From NCBI RefSeq assembly GCF_001194135.2, contig NC_068984.1, positions 114,381,548-114,444,857 of the forward strand: a stretch of 63,310 nt of DNA, written 5' to 3'. Position 1 is the first letter of the stretch. Each line of letters starts with the position of its first letter. Positions 52,321 through 63,310 of the stretch are shown one piece after another. Made by a program: the position numbers and the translations under genes. Under the pieces are notes generated by a model, which made no database searches, was not told where the DNA came from, and saw nothing but the letters and a program-made list of their open reading frames with translations. The stretch comes from Octopus bimaculoides (lineage: Eukaryota).

Positions 52321-52462
52321 ATAATCCTTCGAACAGACGGTCAGTAGCGACGCCTGCATGGTTTGGCTGATCTACATTGATAAGGGGCAAATACCCTGAA
52401 ACTGGTCTGTAGATGCCAGACCAGCAAGGGGAAGCAGCTGACCTCCCCTGTTCGAAGGTTAT
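52321..52462 (+). ncRNA. ~140-nt rod-like RNA element with a degenerate minimal hammerhead at its tip
   Basis: Nested stems 52326-36/52448-58, 52339-44/52438-43, 52359-67/52415-23 and 52370-76/52408-14; core TTGATAA-GGGG caaata CCCT-GAAA-CTGG-TC. Confidence 0.6.
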
Positions 52463-52633
52463 AATGGACACAGGTTCATGTGTCACATAGCTAGCTAGAT
52501 GCGATGTTTCATATGTCACATAGCTAGCTAGAGTTCGATTCCAGGCAGCGACCTGAATAATAATGACGATGACAACAACGACAACATTGAAAAATACCTT
52601 AGGAATAAGAACCCAGGTTCAAAATTTCCCCAA

Positions 52634-52679
52634 GACACCTGATGAAGGCTGGAGGGTATATCAGCCGAAACATTGTGTT
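52634..52679 (+). ncRNA. Minimal hammerhead motif in a Penelope-type short repeat
   Basis: GACAC CTGATGA A GGCTG gagggtatat CAGCC GAAA C ATT GTGTT: 5-bp helix I and 5-bp helix II. Helix III is ACAU, one transition away from the palindromic ACGU. Confidence 0.6.
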
Positions 52680-53060
52680 AACAACATACAAGATGAGGAC
52701 AAATATCTGTCAAATGTAAATAATGTAAATAAAGTAGAATATGAAATTTGAGGAAGATTTAGTTACTATTTCTAGCAGATCAAGCTACCACATAGAGGAG
52801 CTCCTCAGTGGCTCTTGTATTCAGATTTTAACCTTTTGATACCAAACCATCTGAGACCACTCCTAGTTTTATGATACAATTTCCCTATTTTAAAGTGATC
52901 TAAATTAAAACCTTTGATTAAAATTCCATTAATTTGTGTTCCAAACACCAGCTTCATAATAACAAAGTTATTTCAATAGATTTTCAAATTTTCAAAATTA
53001 ATTATAACAAAGGCAGTGTATTTTTAACAATTATGGAAAAGAGGATGTTAAAATGACGAT

Positions 53061-53091
<31 letters not shown>

Positions 53092-55681
53092 GTGTTTTTA
53101 ATATTAATTAATATTAATTCTTTGCAAATTTCATGCTAAATACCACACTATTCAGATGAATGTGATTCTAGTGAAGGATATCTCTTGTGTGACTGTGATA
53201 CTTTTGTGTTATCAAGAGGATACACACACAAACATGTTTCTTGACATTTCTTTCTATATATGGACCTGTTTTTTTTAAAGGAATTGAAGATAGGGAATTG
53301 TAATGTTCTGACATTAACAATCTTAAGGCTTTTAGCAGCAGTAGTTATATCTTACACCAGGTCATAGATTTCATTAGTTTCTTACTTTGGCTCAAGCCTA
53401 CGACTTTACAAGTAAGAATAATGTGACTGTGTGACATTTATGCCTTATGCTGTTAATGCTAAAACCCTTAGGATTGCTAAGTTGCTAATGCTAAGAATGT
53501 TAGCATCATAAAGTCATTAAAATGTGAAGGCTAGTGATGATCAGTGCTGAGATAAATTGGTTCAGAAAGACAAACAAAAATATTTGCATGTTAGTAGGCC
53601 ATGAGAAAAAAATGGTAGAAAGTTAATGTTTTGGGTGGTTCCTTTCTTTAAAGAAAAGCAAAAATCTTTTCTTTGCTAATGAAAGATTCCATTTTAAAAC
53701 ATTTTTGTCTACTTTTCTCATGACACTAACATATATATATACAGTTAGCATATATTTCCATTAGCAATATAATAAAAATGAATTGATATTTCCAAGAATA
53801 GTCAACCTCTTCACTGTAGAATTATGTACTGAATTAATAGTAAGTGGTTTATTTTTATTCTGATTTTAAATAAGTTTATTATAACAACATGAAAGCATGG
53901 CCCAGTGGTAAGTGAGTTGCACTCATGATCACAAGACCATGGTTTCGATTCCCAGACCACTGGTGTGTTGTGTTTTTGAGCAAAACACTTCATTTTAATG
54001 TTTCTCCTGTTCCCTCAGTTGTAAATAGGTAACCTTGCAATGGACTGATGTCTCATTCAGGCACAATGTTGAACTGCCCACTTGTCAGTGAAGTAGCATT
54101 ATTCAAAAGCAACAACTATGTGATCAGGCACATTGTGACCAATGGTTTGTAACAACATCTAATAATAATATTACAGTGATTATATACACTTAAAGTAGTG
54201 TCATTTTAATTCTTGTTATTTAACCCCGACTCAATTCTGACTGAGAGATTTATGATCAAAGGCATTCCAGCTATGGCCATCATTCTTTAGTTATCTTGAA
54301 TCTAGAAATACTTGATTCAACGTGTCACTCCTTTTTAAAGATAGTTTGGTGTGTGATTAGAGAAAAATCCAACTACTATTTTTAGCAGATTGAGCTCATA
54401 AAGTTTCTCAGATCAATGGTGTCTTTTGTAACAAAACACTTTATTTAATATTTCAGTTGTTCATTCAACTGTTAACCGGTAACTGTGTAATGTACTGGTG
54501 TTCTATGCAGGGGCAATGTTGGCCTGCCTACCTAGCCAGTGGGTTGACATTATTCAAAAATGACAACAATGTGATGAAACACATTCTGACCAGAAATCCA
54601 ACTACTATTTTTAGCAGGTTGAGCTCATAAAGTTTCCTTAGTGATTTTCCACCTAAGTGTTACATAATTTAACTGGCATGCTATTGGTTAAGATGACAAG
54701 GGTTCCAGTTGATCCGATCACCAGAATGGCTTGCACGTGAAATTAACATGCAAGTGGCTGAGCACTCCACTGACAGGTGTGTCCTTAACATAGTTCTTAG
54801 GGGGATTCAGTGTGACACAGAATATGACAAATCTGGCCCTTTGAAACACATTTTTGCCAACTAAGTGAACTGGAGCAATGTGAAATAGTGTTTTGCTCAA
54901 GGATACAATGCATCACCAGGAATTGAACTCACAACTTTATGATCATAAGCTGAATGCCCTAACCACTCAGCCACGTGCCTTCACATAATGATAATGAGAT
55001 ACTGACTTTCTTAAGTACCACAAAATTGTCAGATTGATTTTTAACAGTAATAATTAGATGTGCTACAGGTTAAAATATATAACTTGGGTGTGTTGTTATT
55101 GTAAAACAAATTGAAAATAAAGATAAATTGGCTTATATTTAATCTTGAAATGTAAATTTTTTACTGCGTCTCTGTCAAAATAGTTGTTTGTTAGCTAAAT
55201 TTGAAATATGCAGCTTTAAAAAGACAAAGATTTTAGTATCAGAGTAGATTATTACTAAAAATTTTAGTGATTAAAAAATAGCTATAAAAACAGCAAATCA
55301 GTTTTTTAAGGGATTGGAATTAAGACTAAAGAATCTGAAAGATTCTCAGAGGCCTCCAAAGTATTCAACAAGCATATGTTTGCACTAATGAATACAGCCT
55401 TAATAAATTTATAAAATTCTGGTAGAATTACAAGCATTATTTCTTTTTTTTTTATTAGATAGTCTTAGAAAAAAGTTGTCATGTACTCACTGAAGGATGT
55501 TTCCATGGTCCCTATGAATGGTGGTTGTATGAATTCAGTGTAAGGTTTTTGGGTTGCATACTGATGGTGTGTGTGTTTGGGAACTTAAGGAAGATGCAAA
55601 CTGATTCCATTTACTTCAAAGTATGTGTGTTGTGAAGGTAGTGAGAATGTGTAGCTCACAATCATAATGTTGCAGGTTCAA

Positions 55682-55737
55682 TTCATGGGCCAGGTGACAT
55701 GTTGCATCCTTGAGCAACATGTCACCTGGCCCATGAA
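55682..55737. repeat. Perfect 24-bp inverted repeat with 8-nt loop
   Basis: ttcatgggccaggtgacatgttgc / atccttga / gcaacatgtcacctggcccatgaa. Confidence 0.95.
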
Positions 55738-55824
55738 GGGTTAAATATTTGCAGCAGGGAGTAATTTTCTTCTTTATAACTGTATTAAATCCTCTACTAA
55801 GCTCAGAAATTAATGTCTTACTAG

Positions 55825-55986
55825 GAATCCCTACAACTGCACGGCTAGCTGAGGAGTATTATACTCCTGACTTTGAAGATGATGAAGATGAGGAGATGAC
55901 ATTGTGTAACACTGTAGAAGACACATACCAGGACAGAGAAATGATGCTTAATTATCTTCAAAATGCTCTAAGTTACCCAGAAGATC
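55825..55986 (+). CDS. NEK11: NEK11-like exon (GIPTTARLAEEYYTPDFEDDEDEE...LNYLQNALSYPED)
   Basis: Matches NEK11 EIPEDPLVAEEYYADAF...ALARCLENVL; ctag acceptor, C|GTAAGT donor. Confidence 0.92.
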
Positions 55987-56087
55987 GTAAGTATTTTTAA
56001 TATTTTGTTTTCAGCAGTTCTATCTAGCCAAGATTTACTGGTGTACGGAGGTTAGAAAATTGTATATGAATCCCACATACGTGTGTG

Positions 56088-56118
<31 letters not shown>

Positions 56119-56381
56119 TTACATTTGTTTGATAGCTACTTAGTGACCTCTTATTGCTGGTGCCACCAAAAAACACCCAGTACACTCTATAAGGTGGTTG
56201 GCATTAGGAAGGTCATCCAGCTGTGGAAGTCATACCAAAGCAGAAAGTGGGGTTTGGAAAAACTCCTCTGACTCATCTGTTGCAGTTGAACCATCCAACC
56301 CATGCCAGCATAGAAGACAAACATTAAATGACAATGGTGATGATGATATATATACTTTCTTCCTTTCTTTTTTCCAATCAG

Positions 56382-56460
56382 AAAGCAACACTTTAACAAC
56401 TGACTATAGTGGAGCATTTGGACCTGAAGCTCGAAGTAACAGAATTAAAAATTTAAGACG
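56382..56460 (+). CDS. NEK11: NEK11-like exon (QSNTLTTDYSGAFGPEARSNRIKNLR)
   Basis: Long pyrimidine tract and tcag acceptor, CG|GTAACC donor; phases 1/2 fit the neighbours. Corresponds to NEK11 FNSVMARTKMKRMR. Confidence 0.88.
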
Positions 56461-58519
56461 GTAACCTTCTTAAATATTTTTACATTTATGTATTTGTTTT
56501 GCAAGGTTCTTGATGTGAAATTGCGTGTTGAAACAGATATTGTTATACTTAGGGATGGTCATATTTTTTTAGTTAAACATACGCACTATATATTTAGTCT
56601 TCACTTCAGCTTTATTATTATTATTATTTTAGTTTCTTTGTCAAAACTCTTTCATCACACATCCTGTGACCTCTTCAGCAATTCTCTATCCCATGTGTCT
56701 TCTCTTGTTCCTTTCTATTCCTTTCTAAATATCTTTAAAAATACTTTTGTTAAATAGTTTTGTGAGTTTTATTATAGTGACTGTAGTTGCTAGATTGGTA
56801 GTGACTGGTTAGAAAGTCATTGGTTCATATGAGCATCAATGGTAACCTTTATATCTTCGTGTATTGTCTCTAAGATGGTTGTTGTTGTTGTTGCTTAGCA
56901 CCAAATCAGCTCTGATTATGCTGACTTATAATCAAAGCTGACACAACCATAACTATTTTAAGCATCAGGCACCTCATTCTTCAATGTCTCCACTTCTACT
57001 TAAGACAGTTGGAGGAAAGCCAGTAGAATAAAAATATCTTAGTTGAAAAACAAAGGTTGATGACAAAAAGGGCACCCAGCTGTAGAATATTACTTTAGCA
57101 AGTTTAATCTAACTGATAATAATAAAAATAAATGAGCCCTATTAAGGCCTAGCCAGGTTCATGGGCCCGGTTTCAATGGCATATATGTTCCCCAGCTGGA
57201 CAGGACGCCAATCTATCGCAGCATTACTCATTTTTGCCAGCTGAGTGGACTGGAGCAACGTGAAATGAAGTGTTTTGCTCAAGAACACAACGCGTTGCCC
57301 GGTCCAGGAATCAAAACCACAATCTTACGATCATGATGCTGACACCCTAACCACTAAGCCACGCGCCTCCACTAATCTAACTGATACTAGGATAAAAAAA
57401 GAAAGGATTGTCGAAAGGATTCTTCAAGCCAAGCCAAACAACAGGAGGCCAAGAGATAGACTAAGAACAAAATGGTTGGATAACATCTGTAGTCTTATTT
57501 AGCTATGCTTTAAGAATGCAGCTGAAAAGTGTAATGACAGTTGCTTCTGATAGGATCCTATGGAATAAGTGCATGAAGACTCTACCCCTATGACTCACCC
57601 AGGTGGAGAAGATGGATGAATATAAGGTGTATTATGTACTACATACACTATTTATTAAATTATTTTTTTAGTAGCATGGTGCAATTAATAAGCAGTAGTC
57701 TCATAAGTCTTCAAGTGAGTAAAAATTTGTTTATGTCTGCATTAGATACACTTTCATTGTGCCTGTGTTAGAGGCTCCATCTTTATGAGGCAGATGAGAC
57801 AGACAAGGCCTGAAATTGTTTTCACACAAAACATTTTTGTCACTGACAGACGTGATTATGTGGTTAAGAAATTTACTTCCCAACTGCATGGTTCACTCCC
57901 AGTGTATGACACCTTGGGCAAATGTGTTCTGCTATATCCCCAGGCTGACCAAAGCCTTGTAAGTGGATTTGGTAGATGGAAATTGAAAGAAGCTCATTAT
58001 ATATATATATATATGGCTGGCTCCTGTGCAGGTGGCACATAAAATACACCATTTTGAGCGGGGCTGTTGCCAGTACCGCCTGACTGGCCTTCGTGCCACA
58101 CATATATATACATATATATATACATATATATACGATGGGCTTCTTTCAGTTTCCGTCCACCAAATCCACTCACAAGGCTTTGGTTGGCCTGAGGCTATAG
58201 TAGAAAATGCTTGCTAAGGTGCCATGCAGTGGGACTGAACCTGTAACCATGTGATTGGAAAGCAAACTATTTACTACACAGCCATACCTCCACCTATAGT
58301 GTTGATTAAAATTATAAGAGATTCTTCCAAATCCTTGTTATTTCACTTCATTCAGGTTTCCTTCAGCAAAGCTCATTTAAAGTTATTCAATCCTTTTGAT
58401 ACCAACCCACATGAGATCACACCTGATTTTTATGATACAAATTTCCTAATTAAAGCCATCTAAATTAAAACCTTCCTTCAAAATTCAATGTTAATTTTGT
58501 GTTCCAAGCTCCAGGTTAA

Positions 58520-58743
58520 TCCTTTAGCATTTGAACCAGATATGTCCAGCCCAAATATTCTACCTGTCTAATGTTCAAACCAGTCAGATCCAGACTCTCA
58601 CACCTACTCTACAATGTATATTCTAAATATATGCAATCATATTATCAAAAACCTTGAAGCTTTGAGATAATGCATGATTAATTCAAAAACAATGTAAATA
58701 AATAAGTATTACATTTGACTGAGTAATCCTGAATGCTAAAGGA
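58520..58743. mobile_element. MITE family A with 12-bp TIRs and TTAA target duplication, nested in MITE family B
   Basis: TTAA 58516-58519, TIR tcctttagcatt...aatgctaaagga, TTAA 58744-58747. The host MITE-B sequence ccag.TTAAtaatgacaaag is split at this site. Confidence 0.88.
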
Positions 58744-59293
58744 TTAATAATGACAAAGTTACTTTACTAAATTCCTCATTATTTCCAAAATTTATTGAAA
58801 CAAAGGAAGTATATTTCAATAGAAATGTGGTAACAAAAGTGTTAAATATTAGTATATGAAACTATAAATGCCAGCCAAAATAGCAAATAGCAAGAATGAA
58901 GGAGAGGAAATTATCAACAAAACTCCAGACAAATTGGATTTGTCTAAAATATCTAGAAAATATTTAAACTTGGTTTATAGTTTTATATTATATCATAGTT
59001 TCACAATCTGTATAACATAATGAAATTCAAGTAAACAATTGGTTTTTATTTACCTAGAGAAAAAAAATAAACAATTGGAAATAGAGTTATATATTATTTT
59101 GTTTTACTCAAATAGATGCAGGCATGGCTATGTAGTTAAGAAGTTTACTTTGAAACCATGTCGATTCAGGTTCAATCTCACAGTGTGGCACTTTCAGTAT
59201 GTTCTGATATAGCTCCAGACTGACTGATGACAATGCCTCGTAAGTGAATTTGGCAGATGGAAGCTGTATGGAAGCCTGTTGTGTGTGTATGTA

Positions 59294-59334
<41 letters not shown>

Positions 59335-59699
59335 TTGTATGTCATCATCATCATTGTCGTTTAATGTCCGCTTTCCATGCTGGCATGGGTTGGATGGTTT
59401 GACTGGGAGCTGGCAAACCAGAAGGCTGCACCAGGCTCCAATCTGGTCCGGCAAAGTTTCTACAGCTGGATGCCCTTCCTAACACCAACCATTCCAAGAG
59501 TGTAGTGGGTGTTTTTTACATGCCACTGGCATGAGGGCCAGTCAGGCGGTACTGGCATCGACCATGCTTGAATGGTGCTTTTTATGTGCCACCAGCACGG
59601 GAGCAGTCAGGCGGCACTGTTATCGACCATGCACAAATGGTGCTTTTTACGTGCCACCAGCATGGGTGTCAATCAGGCTTGGGTATCAACAATGACTTC

Positions 59700-60860
59700 A
59701 CTTGACTCAACAGGTCTTCGCAAGCACAGTCTATTGTCCAGTGATTGAAGGATGCTCTTAAATGGGCCAGTTATGCTGCACTGGCATAGGCCACAGTTAC
59801 AGTCTTACTTAGCTTGCTGGGTCTTCTCAAGCACAGTATATCTCCAAAGGTCTCGGTCACTTGTCATCACCCCTGTGAGGCCCAACGTTCGAAAGTCGTG
59901 CTTCACCACCTCATCTCAGGTCTTCCTGAGTCTACCTCTTCTACAGGTTCCCTCAACTGCTAGGGTGTGACATGTTTTCACACAGTTGTCCTCATCCATA
60001 CACAACACATGACCATACCAGCACAGTCATCTCTCTTGCACGCCACATCTGATGTTTCTTATGTCCAACTTTTCTCTCAGTGTGCATACACTCTGTCGTG
60101 TATGCACAATTGACATTACACATCCAGCAGAGCATACTAGCTTCATTCCTTGCAAGCTTACACATGTCCTCAACAGTCATGGCTCATGTTTCACTGCCAT
60201 GTAGCATGGCTGTTCGCACACGTGTCATACAGTCTAGCTTTTACTCTGAGCGAGAGACCCTGTGTCACCAGCTGAGGTAGGAGCTCTCTGAACTTTGCCC
60301 AGGTTATTCTTATTCTAGTAGCTACACTCTCAGAGCATCCACCCCCACTACTGACTTGGTCACCTAGGTAACGGAAGTTATCAACTACTTGTAGTTTTTT
60401 TCCCCCTGGTATGTGACGGAAGCTGTTTTCTGCACATTTTCAGTGTTTGTTGCCCCTGAGCATTTGCCACACGCAAAAACTATCTTCCCAGTTAGCCTTC
60501 CTTTCACATTGCTGCACTGCTTATGTGTCCATAGCTTACACCATCTACATCTTATGGAGTTTCTACCTATGCCTTTTCTACAGATTGAGCAGGGCCATCT
60601 TCCTAAAGGGATTTGTGGTTTGTCTGCCTTCCTTCTTATTAAGACTTTGGTTTTTGCTAGATTGACTCTAAGGCCCTTCGATTCTAGACCTTGCTTCCAC
60701 ACCTGAAACTTCTCTAGTTCTGATAGTGACTCAGCTATGAGAGCCAGGTCATCAGCATAGAGAAGCTCCCAGGGGCATCCTGTCTTGAATTCCTCTGTTA
60801 TTGCCTGGAGGACTCTGATGAATAAGTGGGGACTGAGGACTGATCCTTGGTGGACCCCTG
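59700..60860 (-). mobile_element. RTE-like LINE 3' part (RT C-terminus, PHD-like Cys motif)
   Basis: LLYADDL, GLRVNLAKTKV and WPCSICRKGIGRNSIRC...WTHKQC motifs; continues into the RTE-tail repeat at 59345-59700. Confidence 0.88.
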
Positions 60861-60866
60861 TTTGTG

Positions 60867-60913
<47 letters not shown>

Positions 60914-61067
60914 CCTTTGTAGGTTAGAAATTCTAACTCTGAAGAATTAACTCTTTAGTATATACATATGTGTGTGTGTTAGAGATAAAAGAGTTAATGG
61001 TAAGTATTTTGTTATATAATAACCCTGCTTATAATTTGAATCTTCATTTTCTTAACACTCTTTTCAG

Positions 61068-61278
61068 AGAATGCAAGATAGCACTGGGACCAGAGATGTT
61101 TCAGAATGTTTACAAATACCTATGGCAAGTTCGCTTAAAGAAAATAAGAGAAACCTGTCTCAATGAAGAAGAGATGAAAGGTTTGCAAGAGATAGTGAAG
61201 GAAACAAACTATGGAATGATGGTGGAACAATTGATTTTCTTTGAAGAACAGGAGAACCCTGGAATGTTTAAATATTAA
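61068..61278 (+). CDS. NEK11: NEK11-like terminal coding exon (RECKIALGPEMFQNVYKYLWQVR...MVEQLIFFEEQENPGMFKY*)
   Basis: ttttcag acceptor; matches the NEK11 C-terminus KLGTEVFEEVYNYLKRAR...VDQLLYFEEQ; TAA at 61276-61278. Confidence 0.93.
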
Positions 61279-63310
61279 AGCAGATTGTCTTTATTAGACG
61301 CATAATATGCTAGAAATAAACCCAGACATCAGATCCAATGAGTTCTACAGAACTATAAATTAGCTTGAAACGTATGGGCTAATTCTCTTACCATTGTTTG
61401 TTCTTGTTCCAGATTCTCATTGGTTGTCCTTTGGTAACAACTTAATGTACAGATTTCACTGCTTTTGACTTACCACAAATATGACTTTTGTAAAAACGAG
61501 TGTTAACAATTGAATTAATTGCAGTGCATTTTAGTGACTCATAATGATTGAAAAGCAGTTGGCCTCAGCTTCTAAGAACATGTAGGTTCTAAACTCAATA
61601 CTGTAATAAATAGTTTTATGGCCTATTATTGCTACCAACCTGATGTCATTATTTGCTTACAGGAATTGATTTCCTTATGTACAATATCAAAGCTCATGTT
61701 TGGAGTATAGTAACCGCTAGCATAAAATTGTATGTGATTCTTCTGTCTTTTGATTCACTCTTGTACATAATGAAGCATATCTAAATCTGTAAAAAAAGCA
61801 AAACCATCAAACAAACAAACAAACAAAAAACTGCACTATTGAAGAAGTCTGCTGCCTGATATATAGATTTCAAAAATTAAATATTCACTACTCTATCTGA
61901 GATATGTATCAACTCATGAGCCTGAATTAAAACCAAAATCCATTGTGTTTTTGTCTGTATGTAAGAATCAATCTGCATGCAAAGTGTTCAGGAGTTATAC
62001 TAAATTTCACAGATCTTTTCTCCAATGAAAAAAAAAATCTATCCCAGTTAGATAAATTATTGTATTTATAGTATTATATACATTTGTTGAAATTCTTACA
62101 GAAGAGAAATAGGATTGTCCCTAAAACTCAGAATAGAAGATAAAAAATCTCTGATCATAAAAGAAATAAGTTACTACAGAATGTATCATGTAAGAAGGAG
62201 TATTACATGCTATTTTGGAATGATTTTCCATTATAAAGAAAAAAAGACAATAAATAACCAATTGGGACATCATGAAGATCAAAGAACTGATGTATATAGT
62301 GCTAAATTAAACCACAGCCAGCAAGCCCATAGCAGACTTCAGTAGAATACGGTTGCCATTACAGAAATATGTTTAATAAGTTCAACTGCAGCATAGTGGT
62401 TAAAAGCTATTTTAATCTGTGTTAAAAAATAAATATCCTGAATTCAAATTTAGTATAGAGATAATGAATATTTGTAGAAATTCATTAGAGAATTGGTTTA
62501 TTGAAATATAATACAGAACATGAAGACTATGAAAAATTAGGTGAATAGCTAGAAAATTTCATTTTTTTATGCACATACACATGCATTAAATGTAAACTTA
62601 TAACGTAAAATTAAGCATATATGTAATAAATAAAACCCAAAACAATCACTTATTGTGTCTTAGGGTTCATTACATTAGCTAATTTTATGACTAAACCTTT
62701 GCTATTTTCCATTTTTAATATCATATACCACATTTCAACTCATCTTTCTGTTATCCAAGCATGGCCTAAATTACTGGAACCAATAAACAGTGAGGAGTTG
62801 TCTCCATGCTAAGTTCTGCATTTAGTTTTCTAATATACAACTTGGTAAGAAGAACTAACAAACAATTTGCTAACATTCTTAGAAACGATTATATTTGCAT
62901 TTTATGATCCATGAATTAATTTACAAAGAAAAAAAAAAGAGAAAAAAGAAGAAAAACAAAAGCTCAAATTATTCAATGAATATACTTGTATATATAAACT
63001 GTAAATATATAGACCAACAAAAGCAGAACAGAAATGTTTTATTTTATTTTTAATTTTAATTTTTTTTTTCATGAGAGCCAGGTAAAGCTTAAGCCTAATC
63101 AAATATCTCCTAATAAAAGATTATTGAATTTAATCCTAATCTCAATTACATTATCAGTGAAATTTCTTTCACTCCACAAAATATTCCTGCTAAAAGCTAT
63201 TTTAAAACTAGCTAACTTACAAAGGCTCTTCCACATAAAAATAATTGCCTTCTTATGTATTCACGTCCCTCTGCTAATAATTTTTATCTTCATCTGGAGC
63301 TCACAAGTTC
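61279..63310 (+). other. Probable 3' UTR and downstream region
   Basis: Almost free of SINEs and microsatellites, unlike the introns. AATAAA hexamers at 61315, 61605, 62625 and 63112; the true poly(A) site cannot be determined. Confidence 0.45.

Overview
This is AT-rich, repeat-dense eukaryotic genomic DNA with about ten assembly gaps. The SINE, LINE and MITE families are what I recognise from Octopus genomes (inference, not searched). The window is occupied by one plus-strand multi-exon gene, a NEK11-like NIMA-related kinase. Eleven exons are well supported, from 5339/5349 to the stop at 61278, plus a probable first exon ending at 91. The catalytic Lys, HRDLK, DFG and SPE motifs are intact. 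No Gly-rich-loop exon can be found, and exon phases do not match between 32026 and 48192; a 7-nt microexon at 47004-47010 would fix this. Introns contain tRNA-derived SINEs, RTE and R4/Dong-type LINE fragments, Penelope-like elements (PLEs), Tc1/mariner fragments and TTAA-flanked MITEs. The most striking unannotated signal is a set of minimal type-I hammerhead ribozyme (HHR) motifs. One has an intact core at 63-128 and displays the putative exon-1 splice donor as its helix-II loop. One sits at the tip of a 140-nt rod at 52321-52462, and others lie at 522-567 (minus) and 52634-52679. There are also several long foldbacks and perfect hairpins. I found no rRNA or CRISPR array. Repeat boundaries are approximate and were read by eye.
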